Positions 13,491 through 26,467 of a stretch of 64,000 nucleotides of DNA are shown here, one piece after another. Within the stretch, counting starts at the first letter, position 1. Every line of letters begins with the position of its first letter. Below the pieces are notes generated by a model that had not been told where the DNA came from, searched no databases, and was given only the letters and a program-made list of their open reading frames with translations. The stretch spans positions 62,001-126,000 of the forward strand of contig MU057640.1 of NCBI GenBank assembly GCA_013265495.1, in the 5' to 3' direction. The stretch is from Vicugna vicugna. Taxonomy: Eukaryota. The translations under genes were made by a program, and so were the position numbers.

Positions 13491-15284
13491 AGCGTTTAAA
13501 ATGTTATTCAATTCTGATAAATCTTCTTAGCAAAATAAAACTAGCTCTAATACATTCTTGAAATGATTGAAAAACTATCCCAGCTCCATGCATAATAGTA
13601 AAACAGGTACATTAAATTCAGAAGGAAGATCAGATTGCTCTTAAACACCATTATTATTCAACACTGATTTAGAAATGGTAATAAGTACCTTAGAGTGAGA
13701 AAATAAATAAAAACTATAAATGTAGTAAATCTGGATAATGTTTTTGTCTTGTTTGTTTCTGCAGAGGATGTCTATCTGCCCAGGAGAATCAACCAAAAAA
13801 AAATGTTTTATATGATAGGAAATTCTAGTATTTTGGCTACTTATAAGACAGGCTGAAATCAATAAATAGAAAAACCAGTCAGTTTAGTTGGAAAATATTA
13901 TAGGTCTTCTGATTCTGGCAGAATGTGGATTAAGGTAACATAGAAATACTCCCAACACAAATATCTAGATATGCTGACTCTGTTTTCAAACAAACAGACT
14001 TTTTTTCTCTTAAATCGTAGCTGAGCTTTCAATAAAGACAGCTCTCTTCAATTACCAGAAATTAAGGGGAAATCTGAGAGCAAGGCAAAAATCATGCTAG
14101 CTGATGGAGCAGTCTAAGAGGGAAAGGGTTTGTGAGCTAGAGCTTTTGTTTTTAACATTCATTCTGAAAGCCCTGAACTCATAAAAAGTAAAGAATTAGA
14201 ACTGAGAGTACAGCATGGAACCAGAACCTTCAGTGCTCTTTACAGTCAACGAAATAGAGAACTAGAAAGAAAAGCAAAAACCAAAAGAAAAGCAAAATCC
14301 AAAACAAAACAAAAAACAAAAAAAGCTTGCCTCTACTCACTTCAGAGAGAAAAGGAATCTCCCAGGAAAAATTAAAACAGTGGGTTTGGACTTCATATGC
14401 TATAACCTGCATAGTGTAAGAATCTTCGAATTAGTGTACGGTAGGCCTTAGGCTACTAATACACCTGGGGAACTTTTTAGAAGCAAATGTAAAAATCACT
14501 CCACAATCCAAAATGCATGAATTCCCCCAGAAAAATTGAGCTTCACTGAAGATGAATTTATAATTTTTAAAAAGTTACAAAATTGTATGTGGAAATGATC
14601 AGCAGAAACAAAAGATTCTACAATAAATGTCAACAAGAGGATTAGCACTCTAAGAAGTTGAAATAGTAGACTGTAAAGGAGACTGTAAAATGTGTATATA
14701 TAAAACTATTAGAGACATAAAAAAAGGAATTCAACCATAAGGAAAAAAGTTTTCAAAGGAATGGACAGATTTCACAAAGAGTCAAGTCTAAGCTTCTAAA
14801 AATGAAAAATATCGTTAGTGAAATTGAACTTAGTAGATAGATTAAATAGTGGATTAGACCTAGCTGAAAAGACAATTGGTAAACTGGAAAATAAATTTGA
14901 TAAAGTTACCCAGAAGGCAGCACAAGGTTTTGAAGAGAAAATATGAAAAAGAGGTGAAGAAACATGGATGAACACATTAAAAAGTCCAGTAGCACTAGCA
15001 GACCTAATGGGAGTTCCAGGTTTAGACTGGAGGATGAATTAATTCAAACTACTATTTGAATCCTCAGATTGAAGAAGCAAATAAGATAAATAAAAATTAG
15101 TCTGATACATCTATGTCCAGTTGAATTTTGACAAGGATGCAGAGTCCACTCAATGGGAAAGAATTGTCTTGTCACCCAGTGGTACTGGGAAATTGGATTT
15201 CCATTTGAATAAGAATGAAATTTGATCCCTACCTCACACCACATAAAAAAAATTAATTTGATGGATCAATGACCAAAATGCAAC

Positions 15285-15870
15285 CTTAATTCCAAAAGAT
15301 ACATGCATCTTAGTGTTCGTAGCAGCACTGTCTATGTTAGCCAAGACATGGAAGCAACCTAAATGTACATTAACAGATGAATGGATAAAGAAGATGTGGT
15401 GTATACACACACACACATGCACAAATAAATGGAATATTACTCAGCCATAAAAAGAATAAAATAATGCCATTTGCAACAGCATGGACTAGAGATTATCATA
15501 CAAAGTGAAGTAAGTTAGACAAATATATGTTACCACTTACATGTGGAATCTAAAAAAATGATACAAAATGAACTTATTTACAAAACAGAAACAGACTAAT
15601 AGACATAGAAAACAAATTTATGGTTACTGGAGGGGAAAGGGGCATAGGATAAATTAGGAATTTGGGATTAGCAGAAACAAACTATATAAAATGGATAACA
15701 AGTTCCTACTGTATAGCACAGGAAACTATAATCAGTATCTTGGAATAACCTACAATGGAAAAGAATATACATCTATATAGAGAGAGAGATAGACATAACA
15801 TATATCTGAATCACTTTGCTATACACCAGAAACTAACACATTGTAAGTCAACTATACTTCAATTTTAAGA
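15285..15870 (+). mobile_element. LINE-1 3' end
   Basis: agccaagacatggaagcaacctaaatgt...gatgaatggataaagaagatgtgg...tgaatcactttgctatacaccagaaactaacacattgtaagtcaactatacttcaatt. Confidence 0.88.
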
Positions 15871-16433
15871 AAGTCTTCCAGACACTTTAAAAAAAAAAAG
15901 TGAGCATTCTTGGTGTTTTATATATATTGTTTATTCAAGATTATAGCTGTTACAATTCTTTAGACATTTAATTATCTTGTCCTTAGTTTATGATCTTTAT
16001 TATTGATACCTCAGGTATTTTGTTACCTAAAGTCTAGCAGTTTCCTAAATTGATTTTAATGTTAGTTTTATGCATTTATTTGGTATTGGAAAGATAGGAG
16101 TAAAAATGAAAAATTCAACATATGAGCATGTAAGACAGTCCTGGGTCGGGCTACTTGGGATTGAGCATTGACTAGCTGAGTGACCTTGGGCAAGGTACTT
16201 AAACTCTCTATGCCTGTGTTTCCTAGGGCTCTGGTTATTGTACTTTACTATGAATTCCCATTGATTTACCTTCATCCAGGGCCAATTGGTGGGAAATTTA
16301 GAGAAGCGGGAGTGGGTGGAAAGCAGAAGGGGAAGGAGGCTTTTGGCCCCACCTTCCTGGAACTGCATTCACTGTAAATAAAGAAGACAGTTCCCCTGTC
16401 TCCCAAGTGTGGCTCTTGCAGGTTTCCTGAGCT

Positions 16434-16463
16434 ACCACCACCACCACCACCACCACCACCACC
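16434..16463. repeat. (ACC)10 microsatellite
   Basis: Perfect trinucleotide run; source of the poly-Gly and poly-Trp pseudo-ORFs. Confidence 0.95.
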
Positions 16464-17662
16464 GGATTTGGTGGGAGCTGGGATATGAAAGAACAAAGAA
16501 AAGTGATAGATAAAAGGGCAGAGAATTCCTATACTCTTCCCTTGCCTGGTTCTTGAGCCAGAGCCAGAGTACTTTTCCCAGAGTTCTCTCTGTGCTGTAG
16601 CACTCAATTTTGATATCTGGCTGTATTATTTTCAGGCTAGAGGTGTCAAAGAGGAGGAGGGGCAGAGAAGGTGAACTTCCAGCCAGTTCAGAAATACCTT
16701 GAATTCTGGTCTGGTGTTCTTCCCTGGTGCATCTTCTGCTCTTTACAGAGAATTCTAATAGGTGCTCATGTATTCTGTCCACGTTTTATGGTTTCATTTA
16801 GAGGGTGGGACAGGGTAAAGTGTGTCTACTTCATCTTATCAAGAACCAGACCCTAAATTTTCTTTTAAAAGATCATTTGAGATATTGCCATTATCCCTTC
16901 TACTTTCTAACCCAGGACTATTCCTATACTAATGTACAATTTGAATCATATTACTTACTTGCCAGAAAAGCTTTATTATTGCCCCATTGCCTCTAGGATT
17001 AAGTACAGACTCATTTCAGCATTCAGATTCCCCAGCTGTATATACCTCATTCTAGCCAGACAGGAATACTTGCTGGTATATAGTTATTCTACCCCATACC
17101 TATAGCTTGTGTTAAATTCTGCCTGTCTAAATAGTTTCCTAATCTTTCCATTTCTACATCTTCAAATTCTACATATTTTTTACAATTCAAATGCACTACC
17201 TTCTTAAAATTTGTTTTAGTTCTCTGCCCTACTCTTACGTGTTTCCCATAAAAGGAGTCTGTGATCTCTTCAGCCCTTTAATAACTTGTATTTGTGCTTT
17301 TTTTGGTGTACACACACACACATACACTTTGTTTTAGGGTTATTTTTATGTCTAGAGATATAGTAACTGTGTCTAGCACAGGCAGTTATGCCTCAGATCC
17401 AGTAGATTAGGCAGCATTTAGTGTTTATCATGTACCTTTTCACCTACTCCTCTATAACAACTCTCTGAGACCTTTATTCTGAATCTCATTCATATAAAAA
17501 CCTGAGGGTAATTAAAGTAACATTATCTTAACTCTTCTATAATGGCTGTGAGTTTCTTGAGTGCAGAAATATAATACTCAGTTTTCTGCCACATAATACG
17601 TACCATACAACAGCTACTCAGTAAACGTAACAATAGCCCTAACTTTTCTCTTCTTTCTGCAG

Positions 17663-17737
17663 TACCTTGGCCATGTGGAAGTTGATGAATCGAGAGGAAT
17701 GCACATCTGTGAAGATGCTGTAAAAAGATTGAAAGCT
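17663..17737 (+). CDS. NUMB: NUMB coding exon, PTB domain (YLGHVEVDESRGMHICEDAVKRLKA), 75 nt, phase 0/0
   Basis: Acceptor ttctttctgcag, donor gtatgt; the peptide matches the vertebrate Numb PTB N-terminus. Confidence 0.98.
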
Positions 17738-20700
17738 GTATGTATTTGATGGTTGCCAGTGTTGATCTATATGCTGTAAATATTAAAAGATTTTGCTCAG
17801 TAAATTTTAGTGACCCACTATCCAGTAAGAACAGTGTTTCTCTTAAGGCAGAAGATGTGGGCTCACTAATAAAGAGCACCTCGTGTTGTTCATCCAAAGG
17901 TGTAAGTTACAAAGACCAACTTCTGTTTTAGGCCAGACATTATCTAAAAGATATTTTTGATTCAGAACCCATGTTAAACACATGGTATGAATTCTTATAG
18001 AAGAATAATATCCTAAAACCAGGATTAAACTATTTCAGTTAGCGTTTTAACCTAACTGTGATAATTGGGTTATAAATTACTGATTTTAAATCTACTATAA
18101 GAAACAGCTTTCCAGGAAAAAGTAGAAAGTAGAGATATCTGTGTCATTGGCTGGTGAGGGTTACATTTGGGGGGAACTTATTATCGTGACTGCTGCTCCT
18201 CGGTTTCCTTTCTCTTCTGACAAACTATGTATTTCCCCTGCCTTGTGCACAAACTTCAGCACGTACTCGAAATGGGGAGTCCTTTTCCAGGGTAAATAAT
18301 GTTTACTTTGCCTGTTATGCCATAGAACTGATCCCAAGCACATGCCTGTGTGTTTTATAAAAGGAGCGAATGGGTTCAGAGTTCATAAAGGTTCAGGTTA
18401 AAGTGTTAACTTCATATTTTGGATAGATTTTAAAGACTGTTTCATAAGCTCTGACAGCCCTCTTCACAGCCTGCCTTCTCTCCAGTGTGTGGCCTTTCCC
18501 CCTTTTCTGTGAAAGCTTTAAGCATTACTTTTGCATGCCCTTGCCCCAAACAGCATTAAATACTTGTTGCTTTGGATTTGCTGGTGTGGTGGGCTGCCAC
18601 AACTTTGGCTACTAATGAGTGCTTTTTTTTTTTTTTTGAATTTGCTTAGTAATCAAAACTTTTCTGCTTCTTGGTACATTCTATATGACCTCTTACATAT
18701 AATTCCTCAATATAAAAGATATAAAATTAAAGAAGCAATGAACTCAGAGAAGTGGATCATATTTTAGAACAAATGTCTGAATCTGTCATAGAAAGGAAAG
18801 CAGAAAAATAATTATAGTATGCCAAAAACTAGAAAAAGACCCCAATATATAGACATATGTACATATAGATGCACGTTACCTCAGATTTTGGTGATTTAAA
18901 TTCTTAAATAATTGAAGCCTTTCTTAGTCTCTCTGTGCTCTCCAGTTAATCATCATAAATGTTAAAGGAACTTTATAGAATTCCATGTCTGCCTGAATAT
19001 ATTCTCCAGTTAAATACAGCCTCAGATAATTTAATTTTCCAAGAAATTTAAATTCAGTCTCTTCTTTAACAAAGTAATTCTAAATTCACTAGAAGAATAA
19101 GGTTAAGATTATCTAAGAACACTGAAAAAAGTAATGCAGTGATTTTCTCTGCTAGTCATTAAAGAATATTTTTTTTTGTTTTTGTTTCATTAAAGAATAT
19201 TTTAAACATCGTAATACTAATGACTGAAAACAACAGACAAGTCAGTGAATAGACTAGGTAGGCCTGAAACAAACTTTAGTTATTAAAATCTTACAATTTA
19301 CATAACCTAACGTTTCAAAGGGAACTGTGGAATGAGCCTTTGGAAAGTCTTTTAATTCAGAGTATGTTTTCATGTTTACTCTATATAAGGAGAAACTAGG
19401 GATGGTTAAGTTTGCCCAGAAGATGATTAAGAAGTGTGGTATTTAGTTGTTTTGATGAGCAGTCAGTCCTCTTAACTGTCTAATTATTTTTTTTCAACCT
19501 GTTTTTAATTAGAAATATCTCTTCTTTATATAGGTAGTATATATTCATTCTATAAAATGCAAATGAACAAAAACAGTACATAAAATCACTTGTAATCCCA
19601 GAGATAGCCAACTATTCACTGTCTAGTTTTAAAACAGAGTTTTTAGTTGAGTAAGTCTTTTTGTTTCATTTTACCTTTTTGTTTTGAACCAAGGAGATGA
19701 TAAACTATAAGCATGATTATTTGAGGACTATTCAATAAAATTTTATTAGTTTTTATTTTCACCAGAAATAGGAAACAGATTACCACTTGAATATCTATGC
19801 AGTGTCTGGCACATCATAGCCACTCAAAAAACATTTCTGGAATAAATATTCATTAGAACAATTTAGTCTTCAATATGTGGTCAAATTGAATCTCATAATA
19901 ATCATCATAACCATTTGTTATATTCAGTATTTTAAAGTTTATGAAACCCTTTTGCATATCTCTAGAAGATCCTTACTTCCCTGTGCCCTTTATGACAAAA
20001 TTGAAATTTTATATATATTGATTGCTTTTCTGGACATGCTTAGACTTTTGAACTTTGAGGGGAAATTGACCACTTCTGAACTTTCGATTCAAGAAGTTCT
20101 TTAAAATTGTTCAGACTAACCCTATCCAGGAGACTTGGAGCAAGTGTTGTATAATAATTTTACATAGGCAAACATGTATTTTTATTTTAAAAGATAGAAT
20201 TTCTGGGAGACTAGTGCCAATTTCCTATTTATTTTACTCAGTGAAGCTTCCCCTTCTATCAATACCCTTTCTAATGCTGTATGGAAAAACTTGCAGAAAC
20301 TTGGAAGTCTTCAGATGTTATTCTTCTCAGATCATGTTAGTCCACAAAAATTTGTGATTTTTATTTTCTTTTTATATTTTTACTATGCAGAAATTTCTAG
20401 GTGTCTTGTCCCCCTCTTACCAAACATTCATCTAACACTCCAATCTGCTGTGCCAGGTGCTTATATTGTGCCAAAAGCAGTGTGTCTGGAGATTTGTTTG
20501 TTTTCATAGATGATAAATCTTCCTCTTGGAATTTCAAATAAATGGAAGCAAATGTAAAAAATGTACAAACCTACAGGTTAAAGAAGAAATAGCATGTCTA
20601 CAGAAGAAGTTTGAATGCCAAAAAGTTTTAAAATTTTAAGAATTACAAAGCTCAGATGTACCAGTTAAGTAGGAAAACAAACTTTTTTTTTTTTTTTTTG

Positions 20701-20884
20701 GTTGGGGAGGAAAACAGACATCTTAAACCTATCACTTGAATGATCTTTGAACTAAAAATGTAACATTCTAGTGCTTTTTAAGTTTGTGGGGCATTGAGGA
20801 AGCAGGATAATATGCAAGCACAATTTTTTTCCCCTTGAAGTTGTCCCTCACAATTTAGGATTACTTTAACTTCAACCTACTTTT

Positions 20885-21002
20885 TAAAAAAATTTATTTC
20901 TTTTTTTTAATTAAACAATTTTTTTAATTTTAATTCTTTTAGTGGTGGTATTTCATATTAAGTGCTAAGCATGCACTCTACCACTGAGCTATACCCTCCC
21001 CC
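20885..21002 (-). mobile_element. Vic-1-like SINE lacking its B-box region
   Basis: Head intact in reverse complement (ggggagggtatagctcagtggtagagtgcatgcttagca). 15-bp TSD cttcaacctactttt at 20870-20884 and 21003-21017. Confidence 0.8.
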
Positions 21003-23137
21003 CTTCAACCTACTTTTAATTAGAAATATCTATTAAACATTTAACTTCAATTAGAAGTTAGCATACCTAATATTCTCAAATGAAAAGATATTCTAACTAA
21101 ACAACATGCTTCTCAGAATATAAACGTGTTTAATTTCTTTTTCACTTTGTATGCATAGACTTATTTACAGCTATTTCAATTTGTTTCCTCTGTGGCGTAA
21201 TTTTACAAGTTAGCCACGTAGGGACTTAGATTGTATAGGATAGATAACAGAAATGGCTACTGCCCATTTCCAGTGCCTTTATAGCATAGTTAGTTTCAAG
21301 GTGAGGAGTGCTGTCATTTATCAGTCTATTTTGTAAGAAGTATATAGGGCTTTTGGTTGTCTTGTTTGACACTGGTCCAAGATGCCCTTCCTTTTAACAG
21401 GTCTTTATCTTCCATTGTCTCTGTAAATGTTTCTCCCTCTCTGTCTTGGTTTTAGACTAGTTTCATTATACTACCAGTTTCTAATATGTTGGTTTTTTTA
21501 TTCACTATTTGATATATTTGTTTTAATGTATGTTCTTATTTTAGCAGGTAAAAGAATCATAACTTAATTTTTTTAGTTAATATTATTTTCTAATCTAGTA
21601 ACTGTCTTTTTATGCATTTTGCATGGCAACTTTTTTCATTAACATCTGAGGTCTTTTCTAAAAAGAAGGCAAACTCCATGTTTAACAAGAGCTTTTTGGG
21701 AGCTAAATTAAATATTAACAGATCTCCTTCCCTCATTTCCCTATCCCTAAAGGATGGTGAACGTTTTAACTTTGGCTGCAACTTTAGAAGCTGGTAGTTA
21801 CTTAAAGCTAACAAAGCAAGCGTCACCAAACTTGGCAGCAGAAATAAGCTTAGTCTTATTTCCAATAACTATACCCCAATTACTTTATTATATTTGCAGC
21901 TTAAGTTTGAAACATTTTGTGGAAATATTTGATGCTGTTTGTGATTTTCAAAACCTAGAGAGGAAACAAGCTATTCAGTGTTTGAGAGTATTGAATGAGT
22001 TTATAATCTGAGAGAGGCAGATTTCTGTACAGTTGTCTTTTTCTAGACATTTACCCAATAATAAAAGCAAATTGTAAATGGCAAAGGCTTAAAGTATAGT
22101 TCCACCAAAACTAGGAGATGTTAAAGCTAAGCTAGCTGGGTGAGTTAGAACTCATCTACTTTGTGTAAGTTCTTCAGGTTTTAAAGGTAGTCAGTTTTCA
22201 GTTTGAATATGCTTAAAAATTGATGCTGGGACCATAGACAGCTATGTCTCTCTTGTGTACATAGTTTCAGAATTGTATATTTATAATTGTGAATGCAAGT
22301 TTCTTTATTCTAAAACAGTAGCATTTTTAAAAAGAAAACATCCCTATTCCTCAGATTTCATTTGACGTTCACAGATGTGGTTTGGCTCCCAGATATATTT
22401 TTTTCCCTCAGCTCCAGTGAAAGCATTGGTCTTGTGTTCTTTATAGATGATTTATTCTATGTTTGAAATAGAGCATATCTATTATTTCCCTATCATTGTT
22501 GTAGGATTGATCATCACGCACATACCTACAAATCGATCCTAATGCGTAAGGATTCTCTAAGTGACATTTTGAATTCAGCAAGAAAAAGTCTGACAAGGAC
22601 CCTCCTTGCACACTCAAAATTTAATTTTATGTGTGATACTTTCTAATGTTATTATGTGGTTATTTGAATGTGGACTGGTTTTTTAATTGGTGACCTCCGC
22701 ATATTTGACCAGTGATTTTAAATTGAAAAGTATATATGGAACCAATCTATTTACCACCCACTATTATAAAATTTTAAATATAAATCTTACCAAACGAGTA
22801 TGTCCTAATCTTTTTCTCTGCTGCCAAATTTGGATAATTTCTATTTTAAGGGGAAATAGAGAATACTAACTAACTAGTTGCTCTGCATGGATACAGGTTC
22901 TGATTTCTTTTCACTCTTTCCATAGATTCTTAGGCCATACAGTATGTTTCCCTGCATTTTCACGCACCCTTCCTTTTTCCTTGTCACTCCTAGTATGGAT
23001 AACTCTTTAAAACTCTCACTCCCTCCCCTTTTCCTACTTTGCCCTTTCCCAACCTCTGTATGTGCTTATTGCTGTGAAACCCTGGGACATTTAGCCCGTA
23101 CAGTAATAGCGCTCGACTTGTCCCCCTGTTCCTCCAG

Positions 23138-23170
23138 GAAAGGAAGTTCTTCAAAGGCTTCTTTGGAAAA
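23138..23170 (+). CDS. NUMB: NUMB alternative PTB-insert exon (ERKFFKGFFGK), 33 nt
   Basis: Acceptor ctgttcctccag, donor gtaagt; encodes the known 11-aa PTB insert. Too short to appear in the ORF track. Confidence 0.97.
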
Positions 23171-24724
23171 GTAAGTTTGATGCCACATTTGTGCTTGCTT
23201 TATAAGGAGTTACACCCCTAGTATAGCACTGACATACTTTTTTAAAAGTACAGCTTTGGTATCTTTATAATACAGGAATTGATTTGACTGAATATAGAAA
23301 CTAATGAATTGGAAAGCTGCTGTCTGTGTGTCTGTTGATACTAAATCTGATGATTTCTAGGAAAGTCTAATAAATAAACCAAGTAGGTTAAAAAAGGATT
23401 GTCTACCTCAAGACTAGGTGTTAAAATAAATTTAATTTGATCTTGTAAAATTGTTCATATTAGCAGACTAGTTGAGTTTTTTAACAAGTGGATTTTATTT
23501 AGTGCTCAATGTTGACAGAGAAATGAGAAGAAGTATTAAATTCAGTTGAAAATTAAATGTATCCTAGATTTACATTCATTGCTATTACTTTTTTTCAATC
23601 TAAGTTAAATTTCAGATGAAATAAGTGAAAGTACATCAGCTTATCTTTGGGGATCCTATGATTTTTAACCTGGGATGCTAATCAAAGAAAAACTCTTAAT
23701 TAGTAGTCTACCAAATATCAGTTATATGTGGAATGTTTTTTAGGTAGATACTTTTCAAAGAATAGTTGTTTAATGTTCAGATTTCCTTAGAATTAAGACT
23801 GTAAATTAGTCTTAGGTGACTATAGGATGACAATACAAAAATAGATAAATACATTTCTAACATTTTTGTGTCTAAGTATATCATCATTTAGTTTTGAGTA
23901 AGTGCTACAAAATAATTCAGACCGAGGCAGTATAAGAAATAAAACTACTGTCATGGAATAACTGAATGTACATTACTAAAAGTTTACATGAATACAAAAA
24001 TCCCATCACAGTTTTTCACTGGGCGGTTTTGTTACTTTGGAAATTTGTTTTAAAGAATAGTCAGTTTCCATTTCTTTCTCAAGTAAATATTTTAGTTGTA
24101 ACCCTATTTTTTTTTACATATTCTTGTTTAGGTCATCTTTATACTAATGTAAACAGTTTTGAAGGATTTTAGATTGAATGGTTTAATTTAGTAACTTCTG
24201 TCAATCTGAAATAAAAAGGTACATAATTTACCCACACATGTCATAATAAAATTTTTTAGTAAATATTTTGAGCCTGAGTCAAATTAACAGGTCCATAGAA
24301 TGTGGAATCTATCTATATCTAGAAAGAATGAATCCTGTAGACATTTGCATCATTATAAATAGGCACTGTAATTGTTAAGCAGATTTTTTGTGGAATATTC
24401 TTTCCCAAATAGAATTTCTCAAAGCAATTTCACATAATTATCTTCTAAGTGATCAGTTTTTAATTATGTCTACTTTAGTAAAACATTGATTTGGCTTATA
24501 GAAAAAAACATGTTAAAGTAAAATTTTTAAAAGGTTATAACATGTTAGAGAACAAAGGTAGCTCTCACTTGAGATTCAGTTCCAAGGTGGCAATATTCAT
24601 TACTATATAAAATGGGGTCATGGTGTATCTAAAGTGTCGCTGAACTGGGTCACACTGCATTTCTTAGCTGTTTTCACTGCATTTTGCTACATGGTAAATG
24701 AATATGGCATGAGAAAGAAAACTC

Positions 24725-24910
24725 TGAATTATCTCACTTAATCCTTAAAATAACCCTGAAATTATTATTATTCCCAGTTTTACAATGAGAAAACTGAAGT
24801 TCATAGATGTTAAGTGACCTTCATGAATCCACAGATGTGATAAGTGGTAGAAGCTAGGGTTTGAACCCAGATAATCTGACTCCATAGTCTATACTCTTAA
24901 TCATTATGCT
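24725..24910 (-). mobile_element. MIR SINE
   Basis: attcccagttttacaatgagaaaactgaag...gttaagtgacc...gggtttgaacccagataatctgactcca. Confidence 0.75.
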
Positions 24911-25239
24911 ATACAATCTGTTTTCAGGTCATTTATAAGCAAAGTTTAAAAGATTAACCTTAAAAGATGGTAGTAAATTAAAAGCTGCCTGGAAACTCAC
25001 TTTTACTTTTTAACTTCTTTCTTTAAGGTAGTAATTTAATTTTGGATTTTTATCTCTGGTCAGGTTACTTTTTTATTGCAGTTAAAGCTTTAAAGAATCT
25101 TTTTCAGTGGTTCAAACTATTATTTTATTTATTTGGAAATATTTAAATAATACTAGTGAGTTTGACTCCCATAGAATTTCCTTAGAAGATACTAAATAAT
25201 CCCATAACGTGAACAAATATGACTCTTAGAATACTTTTT

Positions 25240-25395
25240 TTTCTTCCAGTTTTACTGAGATAGAATTGACATACAGCACTTACGAGTTTAAGGTACAGCG
25301 TAATGATTTGACTTCAAACACCATGAAATGATTCCCACAATAAGTTTAGTGAACAGCCATCATCTCATATAGATACGAAACAGAAATTTTTTCTT
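25240..25395 (-). mobile_element. Short LINE-1 3' end fragment
   Basis: ttccagttttactgagatagaattgacatacagcact...gtttaaggtacagcgtaatgatttgac...agccatcatctcatatagatac. Confidence 0.7.
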
Positions 25396-26467
25396 ATGTT
25401 ATTATGGGAAGAATTCTTTTTATGGCAAGGCAATTTTATTCTTTTTTCTTTGTTTTCGTTTTCAGAGCAATTTTATTCTTATATGCAATTTTTTTAAATT
25501 ATAGTAAGTCATTAAATGAGTTTGGAAAGCCAAGGGGGTAAAAGCATCACTCATAATCTTTCCAGAAAGGTGCTTTTAAATAAAGAAGTTTAATTTGGAG
25601 CCGTTTAAGTCTTTCAAGTTGCCATTCAACTCACATTCACACTAATCTGTAAGAGGTAGTCTGGTGGAAGAGATTTAGTTTGTTGAGTTTGCTAAGTCAA
25701 TTATGTGTTGATGAAAGCTAAAACTGAAGAATCTCATAGAACAGTATATGATAGGGAGTTTTTATCTAGTGCAGTTCCTCATAAATTTTGACACTTTACT
25801 AGCCTTCACATCATGTGTGGTTTAATGGTCCAGGATAAGGAGAACAATAGTTATCAAGAAGTGTTTCCGTCAAACATATTTATATAAAAGTAGTTGGGGG
25901 AGGAATTATTAACCCCGAGTCTGAACTTATAAATCATGGCCAGGAGAAGTGCTTCTTCTTTTTTGCTAAGGTGTGTCCTAGACCTGACCGGCCTGTCCTA
26001 TTCTGTTGGGGACCAGAATTCCCTGTTCCTTCAGCTGATGAGAGCATTGCCTCCAGAAGCTTTAGCAGTGAGGAACAGATAAATCTGGGTCTGTTCAAGA
26101 CTGTATTATTAACCCATTGTAAGATTACACACATCTTAGAAGGGGAAAAAAATCCTGAAACCCTGAAATACCTTTTTCTAGACTTAGCTACATTAAATTG
26201 CTCCTTGTTTTAGGAAAGCCAAGAATGTACTCAACTCTTTAGGGGTATTATATGTACCTTCACTAGTGTATTTAGCCATATTGGGCAAATATTTTATTAC
26301 AAAGCAATTACATGGCACCTAACATTTGAAAAGGATCTTTTAATTTTAATGTAGTTGAGGAAACTCATGAGCTGAGTAATCTGTATTAACATTTTATGAG
26401 GAACTGACTGAACACAGAGATATAAAATGTTCTTAGACCACTCTATTAGGTCTCTTTTTAAAGCCAT

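Noticed and set aside
16045..16860. Overlapping ORFs with poly-Gly/poly-Trp in a locally GC-richer segment
   Set aside because: Artefacts of the (ACC)10 microsatellite. The segment may be an old LTR, but I cannot classify it.
17523..17931. 124-aa minus-strand ORF and 63-aa ORF near the NUMB exon
   Set aside because: Antisense shadow or intronic run-on with no recognisable domain.
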